64,000 nt of DNA, from contig CALXLS010000003.1 in assembly GCA_944389265.1 (NCBI GenBank), forward strand, positions 57,657-121,656, in the 5' to 3' direction. This document shows, piece after piece, positions 9,387-17,453 of this stretch; position 1 is the first letter of the stretch; each line of letters opens with the position of its first letter. The translations under genes and the position numbers were made by a program. The stretch comes from an uncultured Alphaproteobacteria bacterium. GTDB lineage: Bacteria > Pseudomonadota > Alphaproteobacteria > Rs-D84. The notes beneath the pieces were generated by a model that was not told the origin of the DNA, did no database searches, and saw only the letters and a program-made list of their open reading frames with translations.

Positions 9387-9815
9387 ATGGCAGAAAAAAA
9401 TTATAAGAACATAGAACTACCACCGAAATATGTACCGAAAAAATCTGAACCGTATATGTGTCCAGAACAGTTAGCATATTTTTATCAGATATTAACTGCA
9501 CAAAAAGAAGAATTGTTGCACGACAGTGATTCTGTATTAAGCGCAGTAAGGCTTGCAGAAAAAAACGAAAGTGCTGGTGTGGGTGACGATTCTGACAATG
9601 CAACTGCGGAACAAGATATTACTATGAACTTACGCATGTCTGAAAGAGATAATAATTTATTAAAGAAAATCAATAGTGCATTGGAAAGAATTGAAAATGG
9701 CACATTTGGTTACAGCGTAGTATCAGGCGAAGAAATTGGTCTATCACGTATGCTTGCACGTCCATTGGCAACAATGACCATAGAAGAACAAGAAGAATAC
9801 GAAAAAAGAAAATAA
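9387..9815 (+). CDS. dksA: DksA/TraR-family RNA polymerase-binding regulator (no zinc-finger cysteines)
   Basis: ATG at 9387 follows AGGAG. Coiled-coil tip DDSDNA fits DxxDxA, and the C-terminus GTFGYSVVSGEEIG...ARPLATMTIEEQ is collinear with the DksA zinc-finger region. Confidence 0.85.
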   Translation: MAEKNYKNIELPPKYVPKKSEPYMCPEQLAYFYQILTAQKEELLHDSDSVLSAVRLAEKNESAGVGDDSDNATAEQDITMNLRMSERDNNLLKKINSALERIENGTFGYSVVSGEEIGLSRMLARPLATMTIEEQEEYEKRK

Positions 9816-9823
9816 GCAAAAAA

Positions 9824-9850
9824 CGACCGCAAAATTGCGGTCGTTTTTTA
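9824..9850 (+). terminator. Rho-independent terminator after dksA
   Basis: Stem CGACCGC (9824-9830) pairs with GCGGTCG (9837-9843), followed by TTTTTT. Confidence 0.75.
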
Positions 9851-9861
9851 CTAATACTTTG

Positions 9862-9886
9862 AAAAAAACACCGACATAATCGGTGT
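9862..9886 (-). terminator. Rho-independent terminator after tatA
   Basis: On the minus strand, ACACCGA-ttatg-TCGGTGT followed by TTTTTT, just 3' of the tatA stop. Confidence 0.75.
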
Positions 9887-9894
9887 ATTTTTTA

Positions 9895-10149
9895 TTATTT
9901 TTTAGTTGCTTTTGTCGTTTTCTTTTTGGCGACTGTTTTTCTTGCTTTTACTTTAACAGACTTTTCTACTTTTTCATCATCTGCATTATTTTGTTTGCTC
10001 TTTGTATCCTTATCTTTTAATTCTTTTTTAAAGATATTGATACCATCTGCTAAATTTTTCATCATACCTGGTATTTTGTTATGACCGAACAAAATCAAAA
10101 CCAATACGACTATAACAAGTATTTCAGCCCAACCAAAACGTCCAAACAT
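9895..10149 (-). CDS. tatA: Twin-arginine translocase subunit TatA/E
   Basis: 84 aa. MFGRFGWAEILVIVVLVLILFG TM helix, amphipathic helix and a Lys-rich tail. Confidence 0.85.
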   Translation of the reverse strand: MFGRFGWAEILVIVVLVLILFGHNKIPGMMKNLADGINIFKKELKDKDTKSKQNNADDEKVEKSVKVKARKTVAKKKTTKATKK

Positions 10150-10169
10150 TTATAACACCTTTTATTTTT

Positions 10170-10976
10170 TTATTTTGCGACATAACAGTCTAAACCATCA
10201 GATTTTGCATTACGGCAAAAACCATTTGCCTCTGCTGATGTAGAGAACGCTATACGCAATCTATAAGTTGTTGTTCCATTAGGCAACACCGCGGCCAAGA
10301 TAACGAACTGCTTTCCTGCAAACAAGCCTTGATGAGCAGATTGAATCTTACGCTGTGCAGATTCTGCCAATGCACGAGTACTGTAAGAACCGAACTGGAC
10401 ATACCAACTACCTTTTGGTGCCACCTGCTGTTTTGCAACAGTTTTCTTTGCTGCTGGTTTTGCCGCAGGTTTAGCATTAGTTTTAGCAACTGGCTTCTGC
10501 GCGGCAGGTTTATCAGGATTAAAAGTCACTTCTTTTCTATCTTCTACGACCCGAACAGGTGTCCCAACTCTTTCAGGTTCAGGTTGCGCAACAGGTTTCG
10601 GTTGTGGTGTTGGGGCAACTTTCGCAGGTTGCGCCACCGGTTGAACAACAGGTTTTTGTTCTGGTACAATTATCGGTGCATTTGGTTCAACACTTACTGG
10701 TGTTGGCGCAGGTTTTAAATCAACAGGCATTGCGTTTTCACCATCAACAATGACTGCTGGCGCATCCAAATCAACCTCTATCGACGAAGAAGAATCACCA
10801 CCTATCACACGAATAATGATATAAGTAGCCAAAACTATTACCAACACACCAACCGCCAATAACAACCACGGTTTTTTGGGTCTGGGTGCCGCAAACGGTG
10901 ACGCTTCTGGCAATGTATCCAAACTATCTGCATCATCATTTAAATCTAATAAATCCAAGTTATCATCATTATTCAT
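10170..10976 (-). CDS. SPOR-domain protein with Pro-rich linker
   Basis: 268 aa: acidic N-terminus, one TM, a P/A/K/Q-rich low-complexity linker, and a C-terminal SPOR-like domain (GSWYVQFGSYSTRALAE...YRLRIAF). Confidence 0.8.
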   Translation of the reverse strand: MNNDDNLDLLDLNDDADSLDTLPEASPFAAPRPKKPWLLLAVGVLVIVLATYIIIRVIGGDSSSSIEVDLDAPAVIVDGENAMPVDLKPAPTPVSVEPNAPIIVPEQKPVVQPVAQPAKVAPTPQPKPVAQPEPERVGTPVRVVEDRKEVTFNPDKPAAQKPVAKTNAKPAAKPAAKKTVAKQQVAPKGSWYVQFGSYSTRALAESAQRKIQSAHQGLFAGKQFVILAAVLPNGTTTYRLRIAFSTSAEANGFCRNAKSDGLDCYVAK

Positions 10977-11058
10977 CAGGATTCTCCCATTTGTTCTTTG
11001 CCGTAATTATATCATAAAAAATACGACATAACAAAGAATATATAACTAAAAAAGCACC

Positions 11059-11202
11059 TTATTTTGGCATTTGACCGAAATTTGGTGGCACAATAAGTTT
11101 ATGATTTTCTTCGACAATAGGTTCTGTTTCGCACTTTCTTGCACACGCGGACACAAGCATAGGAACAGTCAAAACACATAAAACAAAAACAATTTTTCTC
11201 AT
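11059..11202 (-). CDS. Small lipoprotein (47 aa), DUF3035-like C-terminal motif
   Basis: Below the track's size cutoff. ATG at 11202 gives MRKIVFVLCVLTVPMLVSACARKCETEPIVEENHKLIVPPNFGQMPK, TAA at 11059-11061. Has signal peptide plus lipobox LVSAC. LIVPPNF resembles the alphaproteobacterial DUF3035 motif (recalled from memory). Confidence 0.5.
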   Translation of the reverse strand: MRKIVFVLCVLTVPMLVSACARKCETEPIVEENHKLIVPPNFGQMPK

Positions 11203-11275
11203 CTATTTTCCTTTCTGTTAAAAAATTATAATATTACATTATAAAGGCGCACAGATATGTGCGCCATATTTTTAT

Positions 11276-13009
11276 TTAAGCGGGCATTTTTATAGCATTT
11301 TTCATCTGCTCTATAAATTCTGCCAAAGGTATTGTTTCTTGCTTTTCAACACCCAAGCGACGCAGAGTCACCATTTTATCTGCGGCTTCTTTTTCACCAA
11401 CTACTGCAATAATTGGTGTCTTGGCCAAAGACAATTCACGAATTTTATAGTTAACTTTTTCATCACGCAAATCTGCACGACAATAAACACCTGCTTCACG
11501 CAACTCATTAACAATTTCCAGCGCATAGTCTTTAAACTTTTCAGAAATTGGTGTCACAACAACAGGTTCTGGTGACAACCACAAAGGAAGATTTCCCCCT
11601 GTTGATTCCAACAAAATCCCCATAAAGCGTTCAATAGAGCCCAACATAGCACGATGTAGCATAATCGGACGATGCTTTTCACCATCTTCACCGATATAGG
11701 ACAAATCAAAGCGTTCAGGCAAGTTCATATCCAATTGAACCGTACCACACTGCCACGTACGTCCCATAGAATCTTTCAGATAGTTATCAATTTTTGGTCC
11801 ATAGAAAGCTGCATCACCTTCTGCAATTTCATATTCGATACCATTTGCGTCCAAAGCATGCTTTAAAGCGCCTTCTGCTTTATCCCAAACTTCATCGGAA
11901 CCAATACGGAATTCAGATTCTTTACGTGTTGCAAGTTTCATAGAAATCTTATCAAACCCAAACTTGCCATAAATATCTTTAATGAAGCGCAGTATTTTAA
12001 CAACTTCTTCTTCCAACTGTTCTTCTGTGCAGAAAATATGTGCGTCATCTTGAGTAAATTCACGAACGCGCATTAATCCGGACAAACCACCTGCCGCTTC
12101 ATAACGATTTACTTTTCCGAATTCAGCCAAATACATAGGTAAATCTTTATAAGACTTAATCCCCTGACCAAACACAAGCATTCCACCAGGGCAAGACATA
12201 GGCTTTACACAGAACGTTTTACCATCTTGCGTTTTTCCAGAATAATTATGTTCACCGTACTTTGCCCAGTGACCGCTACGTTCCCACAAAGAGCGATCCA
12301 TAACAGCTGGTGTAGAAATTTCTAAGTACCCTGCTTTTTCCTGACGACCGCGGATATATTCAATCAATTTACGATAAATCTTATATCCCTTATCATGCCA
12401 GAACACTGCCCCTGGTGCATAATCTGGTTCAAAATGGAACAAGTCCATATCTTTACCAAGTTTACGGTTATCACGCGCAGCCGCTTCTTCCATATTCTTC
12501 AAATGCTGATCCAGTTCTTCCTTGCTTGCAAACGCATCTACATAAATACGTTGCAACATTTTATTTTTGGAATCACCTTTCCAATAAGCACCTGCAACAT
12601 TACGAATTTTAAACCCATCACGTGGTAAATCCTTAGAACTTTCAACGTGCGGTCCACGACACAAATCTACGAAATCACGGAACGTATAAATAGACAGAGC
12701 CTCGCCTGCTGCATCATATTCATTTAACCATTCCATTTTATAAGGTTGATTTGCAAAAGTTTCTTTTGCTTCATTTAAATCAACATTTCTTTGTTCGAAT
12801 CTACCATTTGATTTGATTAAATCACGCATTTCTTTTTCTATTTTTTCAAAGTCTTCTTCAGAAAAGCGATGTTCTGTATCAAAATCGTAATAAAAACCAT
12901 TTTCAATAGCAGGACCACCAGCAAATTTAACATCTGGATACAATTTTTTTACTGCTGCTGCCATAACATGAGCCAAAGAGTGGCGTATCATTTCAATTGG
13001 ATAAGACAT
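11276..13009 (-). CDS. thrS: Threonyl-tRNA synthetase lacking the N-terminal TGS domain
   Basis: 577 aa. Begins at the editing-domain motif IRHSLAHVMAAAV; also DLCRGPH, class II motifs and an anticodon-binding C-terminus. Collinear with E. coli ThrRS from about residue 70. Confidence 0.95.
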   Translation of the reverse strand: MSYPIEMIRHSLAHVMAAAVKKLYPDVKFAGGPAIENGFYYDFDTEHRFSEEDFEKIEKEMRDLIKSNGRFEQRNVDLNEAKETFANQPYKMEWLNEYDAAGEALSIYTFRDFVDLCRGPHVESSKDLPRDGFKIRNVAGAYWKGDSKNKMLQRIYVDAFASKEELDQHLKNMEEAAARDNRKLGKDMDLFHFEPDYAPGAVFWHDKGYKIYRKLIEYIRGRQEKAGYLEISTPAVMDRSLWERSGHWAKYGEHNYSGKTQDGKTFCVKPMSCPGGMLVFGQGIKSYKDLPMYLAEFGKVNRYEAAGGLSGLMRVREFTQDDAHIFCTEEQLEEEVVKILRFIKDIYGKFGFDKISMKLATRKESEFRIGSDEVWDKAEGALKHALDANGIEYEIAEGDAAFYGPKIDNYLKDSMGRTWQCGTVQLDMNLPERFDLSYIGEDGEKHRPIMLHRAMLGSIERFMGILLESTGGNLPLWLSPEPVVVTPISEKFKDYALEIVNELREAGVYCRADLRDEKVNYKIRELSLAKTPIIAVVGEKEAADKMVTLRRLGVEKQETIPLAEFIEQMKNAIKMPA

Positions 13010-13091
13010 AATAAAAACCTTTATTTTTTTATAAATTAAAACTTATAGATTATTTTGATTATTGCACTGTGCGAAGAAATCGCAAATAGAA

Positions 13092-13120
13092 ACTACACCC
13101 CCAAAGGGGTTGTTGTAGTT
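13092..13120 (-). terminator. Hairpin plus T-rich tract downstream of the hlyIII-like gene, in the thrS leader
   Basis: Minus strand: ACTACAACAACCCC-ttt-GGGGGTGTAGT followed by TTCTATTT. Confidence 0.5.
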
Positions 13121-13159
13121 GTAATAAAGAACAATATATTTTTTATCATGCTGACAAAT

Positions 13160-13188
13160 ATGTTAATACTATTATTAAAATAAGTCAA
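13160..13188 (-). promoter_or_regulatory. Possible sigma70-type promoter for thrS
   Basis: Minus strand: TTGACT (13188-13183), 17 nt spacer, TAACAT (13165-13160). Pattern match only. Confidence 0.3.
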
Positions 13189-13200
13189 CTTTTATAAGAC

Positions 13201-13947
13201 TTAAAAATCGATAATGCACCCGAACAATACAGCGAAGAAGAAGCATACACTTCCCCCTATAACGAAGATGTGCCATATTGCGTGCGAGTACTTCATTTTG
13301 CGCCATAAATAGAATATGACTCCCAGCGAATAAGACAATCCGCCAGCCAGAATAAACCATAAACCACGTTCTGGTATACTTCTAAGCATTGCGGGCAGGA
13401 TGAAAATCAAAGTCCACCCCATAACAAGGTATAAAGCGACCATCCATTTTGGTTGCTGTCTTGGGTTACGGATTTTCATAATTGCCCCGAATATAACGAT
13501 TGCCCATAATATCCCGAACACAGTCCAACCAATCCAGCCACGTAAATTAACTAATAAGAACGGCGTATAAGTACCTGCAATCAAAGCATATATAGCAACG
13601 CTATCCCACACTTCAAAAAAGCACTCACTTTTTTGCCCGATTGTTGCATGACACATAGTCGAACCAAAATATAATGTGAACATTGTCAGGCCAAATATAG
13701 CACAAGATACAATAGCCCAAGCATTACCTGCCAGCGCAGCAAACACGACCAACAAAGTAAGCCCTGCAATTGCCAAGCCTATACCGATACCATGCGTTAG
13801 GATATTTAAAACTTCTTCTGATTTAGTAGAAGGCCTTTCCCAGCGGAACAACCCAGTTGCCTGCAAAATTCTAAGCAATCTACTCCCCCTAGAATCAGAC
13901 TTAACCGCTTTAAGTTTTTCACGAACTACTTTTTTTGTTTTAACCAT
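13201..13947 (-). CDS. Hemolysin III / PAQR-family membrane protein
   Basis: 248 aa with 7 predicted TM segments. HGIGIGLAIAG near the N-terminus and HAIWHIFVIGGSVCFF near the C-terminus. 8-nt overlap with the gltX stop. Confidence 0.88.
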   Translation of the reverse strand: MVKTKKVVREKLKAVKSDSRGSRLLRILQATGLFRWERPSTKSEEVLNILTHGIGIGLAIAGLTLLVVFAALAGNAWAIVSCAIFGLTMFTLYFGSTMCHATIGQKSECFFEVWDSVAIYALIAGTYTPFLLVNLRGWIGWTVFGILWAIVIFGAIMKIRNPRQQPKWMVALYLVMGWTLIFILPAMLRSIPERGLWFILAGGLSYSLGVIFYLWRKMKYSHAIWHIFVIGGSVCFFFAVLFGCIIDF

Positions 13948-15520
13948 TTATAACGTCCTTTATACGCTTAATAACTTTTTCTTCGCCCATTACATGCATA
14001 ATAGAATATAAGTCTGGTGTATTTGTACGCCCCGTTAAGGCAACGCGCAAATTCATCGCCACGTCACCATTTTTTACGCCTTTATCTGTGGCAATAGCAA
14101 CAATCTTATTCCACCAAGCGTCTTTATCATCTACCGCATTATAAGTTTCTAAGAAAGCAGATAACACTTCTTTATTGTAAGCATAGTCTACATTAGGTAC
14201 AAACAAATCGTCCCAGAAATAGGCAACTTCCTGCAGTGTTTGTTTCCACGTAATAAAGTCTTTACGAATGCGTTTTGGGTTATCACGTTCAATCGCCAAA
14301 ATATTTTTTAAGTATTCTGGCTTATCTGCGATTCTTGCGGCCCATACAGCATCATATTCATCAGCCCAATCACGAACACGTTTTACCAATTCGTCAACAG
14401 ATAAAGAAGCAATAAATTCTTTTGCCCACCACTCTAACTTTTTCATATCGAACAATGCACCAGACATAGGTATTTTCTTTGGGCGCATTTCATATTCCCA
14501 GATAGATTTAACCTGCCCTTTCATTTTTGCTTCTTCGTAACCAGACGCAGCGATATTTCCCAAATATTCTAAAACAGCATCTGTTGGCCAACCGTCAGCC
14601 AAGAAGAATGCAACATTTGCTTCTGGATCATGGCGTTTTGACAATTTACGTTGTTTACCTGTTCCTGCATCAATTTTATCAATAGTAGATGTATGAATAT
14701 ACATAGGTGTCTGCCACCCCATCATACGGAATAATTGCACATGCAACGGGAAAGAAGGCAACCATTCTTCACCACGAACAACATGTGTTGTACGCATAAA
14801 GTGGTCATCACACAAATGCGCAAAATGATAAGTAGGAAGTCCATCATTAGATTTAATTAAAACAATATCTTCATTGTTTTCTGGAAAGCCTATTGAACCA
14901 CGAACTGCATCTTTACAGAAAATACGATTTTCAGGATTACCCATTGAATACAAACGAATCGTTGGTACTTCACCATTATCCAAATGTGCAATTATTTCTT
15001 CTTCTGTTAAATCGCGATCACGAGCAAATTCACCGTATATACCAGTTGCAAAACCTGCTGCTTTTTGATTTTCGCGTATATTTTCCATGTCTTCCGCGGT
15101 CAAAAAGCAAGGATATGCCAAGCCACGTGCCAATAAATCTGCTGCGACACTGTGATAAATATCTTTACGCTTAGATTGATAATAAGGTGCATATTTTTCA
15201 TCATTATTATATTGAAGACCAAATCTATGCATAGAATCTTCGATAATTTTAACGGCATCTGCAACTTCACGTTTTGTATCAGTATCTTCTATACGCAGCA
15301 TAAAAACACCACCAGACTGCTGCGCTAATTTGCAATCAACCAAAGCCTGATACAACCCACCAATATGCATATAGCCTGTCGGGCTTGGCGCGAAACGCGT
15401 CACAAATGCACCATCTGGCAAATCACGCAATGGATACTTTTCTTCCAATTCTGCCAAAGTATATTTAGGTTCTGCCCCTAATACACGCACTATCAAATCT
15501 TTACTTAACCCATTACGCAT
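13940..15520 (-). CDS. gltX: Glutamyl-tRNA synthetase (class I)
   Basis: 526 aa. RFAPSPTGYMHIGG (HIGH region) and KLSKRH (KMSKS region). Confidence 0.9.
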   Translation of the reverse strand: MRNGLSKDLIVRVLGAEPKYTLAELEEKYPLRDLPDGAFVTRFAPSPTGYMHIGGLYQALVDCKLAQQSGGVFMLRIEDTDTKREVADAVKIIEDSMHRFGLQYNNDEKYAPYYQSKRKDIYHSVAADLLARGLAYPCFLTAEDMENIRENQKAAGFATGIYGEFARDRDLTEEEIIAHLDNGEVPTIRLYSMGNPENRIFCKDAVRGSIGFPENNEDIVLIKSNDGLPTYHFAHLCDDHFMRTTHVVRGEEWLPSFPLHVQLFRMMGWQTPMYIHTSTIDKIDAGTGKQRKLSKRHDPEANVAFFLADGWPTDAVLEYLGNIAASGYEEAKMKGQVKSIWEYEMRPKKIPMSGALFDMKKLEWWAKEFIASLSVDELVKRVRDWADEYDAVWAARIADKPEYLKNILAIERDNPKRIRKDFITWKQTLQEVAYFWDDLFVPNVDYAYNKEVLSAFLETYNAVDDKDAWWNKIVAIATDKGVKNGDVAMNLRVALTGRTNTPDLYSIMHVMGEEKVIKRIKDVING

Positions 15521-16061
15521 TTTCTAAACCCTTTCTAAATTTAACAAAAACTATATTATCACGAGATTTACCATGCAGAATAAAAGAATGCCGTGACACA
15601 CTCTCTTTTTCAAACTCTGCTCTTTCAGCAACCGCCTGTGAAGCACGGTTTTCTGTATCCACAAGAATTTCTATTCTATCCAAACCCAAAGTATTAAATC
15701 CGAAATCACTTAATGCTTTAACAGCATTAGTCATTATCCCGCGACCGTTATAATCTTTTGATAACCAGTATCCTATTTCACCAATTTTATGTGTTTCTGA
15801 TATAATTCCCAACCCGACACTACCAATAATTTTACCACCTAAAACAATGTAATAACTTCCATTATTAGTTTTAGATGCTTTATTTAAATGGTCATACATA
15901 TCTTCTGGTTTATTTGATTTTTCAACCCATATAAGCCACTTACCAAGATATTCACGTTGCGAATCAACAATATTAAACAAGTACTTTGCCACATCAAACG
16001 AAGGTTCTACTTTTTCAAGATTAAAACCGTCACAATTTATGACTTTTGGAAACTCAATCAT
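15513..16061 (-). CDS. GNAT-family N-acetyltransferase (RimJ/RimL-like)
   Basis: 182 aa. IGEIGYWLSKDYNGRGIMTNAVKAL..F matches the acetyl-CoA-binding core typical of RimJ/L-type GNATs. Confidence 0.8.
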   Translation of the reverse strand: MIEFPKVINCDGFNLEKVEPSFDVAKYLFNIVDSQREYLGKWLIWVEKSNKPEDMYDHLNKASKTNNGSYYIVLGGKIIGSVGLGIISETHKIGEIGYWLSKDYNGRGIMTNAVKALSDFGFNTLGLDRIEILVDTENRASQAVAERAEFEKESVSRHSFILHGKSRDNIVFVKFRKGLENA

Positions 16062-16106
16062 TTATATTTCCTTGTATTCTTATTTTTCGAATTTTATACT
16101 AATTAT

Positions 16107-16739
16107 ATGGAAAAACAAGAAATAAGAACATTTGGTCGCAGGCACGGGAAAAAATTATCCACACGTCAACAATGGCTGCTGGATAATCTTTTGCCAACCC
16201 TATTACCTAAAAACGAATCGGAAAGCGAACTAAATATCCTAGAAATAGGCTTTGGTGCTGGCGAACATCTTCGTGAACTTGCAGAAAACAATCCAAACAG
16301 AATCGTGATTGGTGCAGAACCATTTATTAATGGCGTAGCATCATTGTTATCTGCGATTACAGATGAAACAAATTCTGTTCGCCCAGAATATAAAAACATT
16401 CGTATTTTTGCGGATGACGTTCGTGATTTTCTAAGGAATTCCGATTCGAAATTCGAACAAATTTGGATACTACATCCTGACCCATGGCCGAAAGCGAAAC
16501 ATGAAAAACGCAGATTATTACATGCAGAATTTATCAAAAACCTTTCTAATCATTTAACAGGAAATGGCGAGATAATAATAGGCACAGACCATTGGGAATA
16601 TTATGATTGGATAATAGAAGAATTAAAAAAGACAAATTTAAAGGTACAAACACCAGACCTACCAACCATAGAGACTAGGTATCAACACAAAAACAAGGCG
16701 GGTACAACCCACCCAAAATATCTAGTAATAAAAAATTAA
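16107..16739 (+). CDS. trmB: tRNA (guanine-N7)-methyltransferase
   Basis: Start reset to the ATG at 16107 (MEKQEIRTFGRRHGKKLS). LEIGFGAGEH SAM motif and HPDPWPKAKHEKRRL. The track's upstream extension overlaps the GNAT gene on the other strand. Confidence 0.9.
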   Translation: MEKQEIRTFGRRHGKKLSTRQQWLLDNLLPTLLPKNESESELNILEIGFGAGEHLRELAENNPNRIVIGAEPFINGVASLLSAITDETNSVRPEYKNIRIFADDVRDFLRNSDSKFEQIWILHPDPWPKAKHEKRRLLHAEFIKNLSNHLTGNGEIIIGTDHWEYYDWIIEELKKTNLKVQTPDLPTIETRYQHKNKAGTTHPKYLVIKN

Positions 16740-17410
16740 GCATTGATAAAAAATCTTATTTTATCAAACAAATCTGGTTGCATTGATTGCACCAAACGCT
16801 TAGTCTGCTCTATCCGCAAAGGATTTTCACCCAAAGCAAAATGTAAATTAAAATCGTAATTTTTATTCCAAGACTCAAGTGCAGAATATATACGTCCAAC
16901 GAAATCAGACCTATCTCCATCATCCATAGGGAAGGCAAGTATTAGCCCAGTTGCATGAATTTTACTTAAATTCTTCCAAACATCATCCCAATCAAAATGT
17001 CCTATATCTGCAATATTAATACCGACATATAAATCTTTATTAAAGAACAAGTCATCTCTAATTAGATATAGTTGAGATACAAAAGAATCTAAATCTTTAA
17101 ATCTAATAAATACCTGCGCGCCGTCAGCACCCTGCTTTAGGACCGTATTAATATTTATCGTTAATTCAGACAAAGTATCAACAGAATCAGCAGAACCATC
17201 TAAATAAAACCGCGCAAATATCTTTATTTTTTTATTTTCCAGCCATGGCCATATGACAGGAACAGATTTAGGCGCCACAGAAACGAAACCCAAATTTTGT
17301 TCAATGGCACATTCTGCTGAATACGCTAAATCTGTTTGCTCTGCGACAGATTTTATCCATAAAGCAAACCCTTTAAAATCATCACCAATAAAGAAATCTG
17401 TATTTATCAT
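16736..17410 (-). CDS. Hypothetical protein (224 aa), family not recognised
   Basis: Long ORF, divergent from the 17454 cassette, with a 4-nt convergent overlap with trmB. Only a faint DeoC/TIM-barrel-like pattern (GFVSVAPKSVPVI...IKIFARF...GADGAQVFI). Confidence 0.5.
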   Translation of the reverse strand: MINTDFFIGDDFKGFALWIKSVAEQTDLAYSAECAIEQNLGFVSVAPKSVPVIWPWLENKKIKIFARFYLDGSADSVDTLSELTININTVLKQGADGAQVFIRFKDLDSFVSQLYLIRDDLFFNKDLYVGINIADIGHFDWDDVWKNLSKIHATGLILAFPMDDGDRSDFVGRIYSALESWNKNYDFNLHFALGENPLRIEQTKRLVQSMQPDLFDKIRFFINA

Positions 17411-17435
17411 AACTCTTTTTACTTTATCATAAATA

Positions 17436-17444
17436 TGATATAAT
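17436..17444 (+). promoter_or_regulatory. Possible extended -10 element (TGaTATAAT) for the 17454 cassette
   Basis: TGATATAAT ends 9 nt before the ATG at 17454 and no Shine-Dalgarno lies between them, implying a near-leaderless transcript. Pattern match only. Confidence 0.3.
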
Positions 17445-17453
17445 CAAAGACAA

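Noticed and set aside
10250-10753. Alternative-frame ORFs inside the SPOR-protein gene (10250-10489, 10329-10718, 10559-10753)
   Set aside because: They fall in the repetitive Pro/Ala/Lys-rich linker, where all frames stay open by composition. No independent signals support them.
13092-13120. The thrS-leader hairpin considered as a tRNA-Thr anticodon-arm mimic (E. coli-type ThrRS autoregulation operator)
   Set aside because: The loop (UUU / CUUUG) does not resemble a tRNA-Thr anticodon loop (xU-NGU-Ax). A terminator for the upstream gene is more parsimonious.
15957-16106. Upstream extension of trmB; similar extensions exist for xerD (39277-39360), secB (53868-53915), ruvC (56227-56280), trxB (41668-41703), fabD (26213-26260), ctpA-like (32940-32975) and xthA (60552-60635)
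   Set aside because: The extensions overlap neighbouring genes or lack homology. Internal ATGs preceded by AGGAG-like sites coincide with the conserved N-termini of the families.
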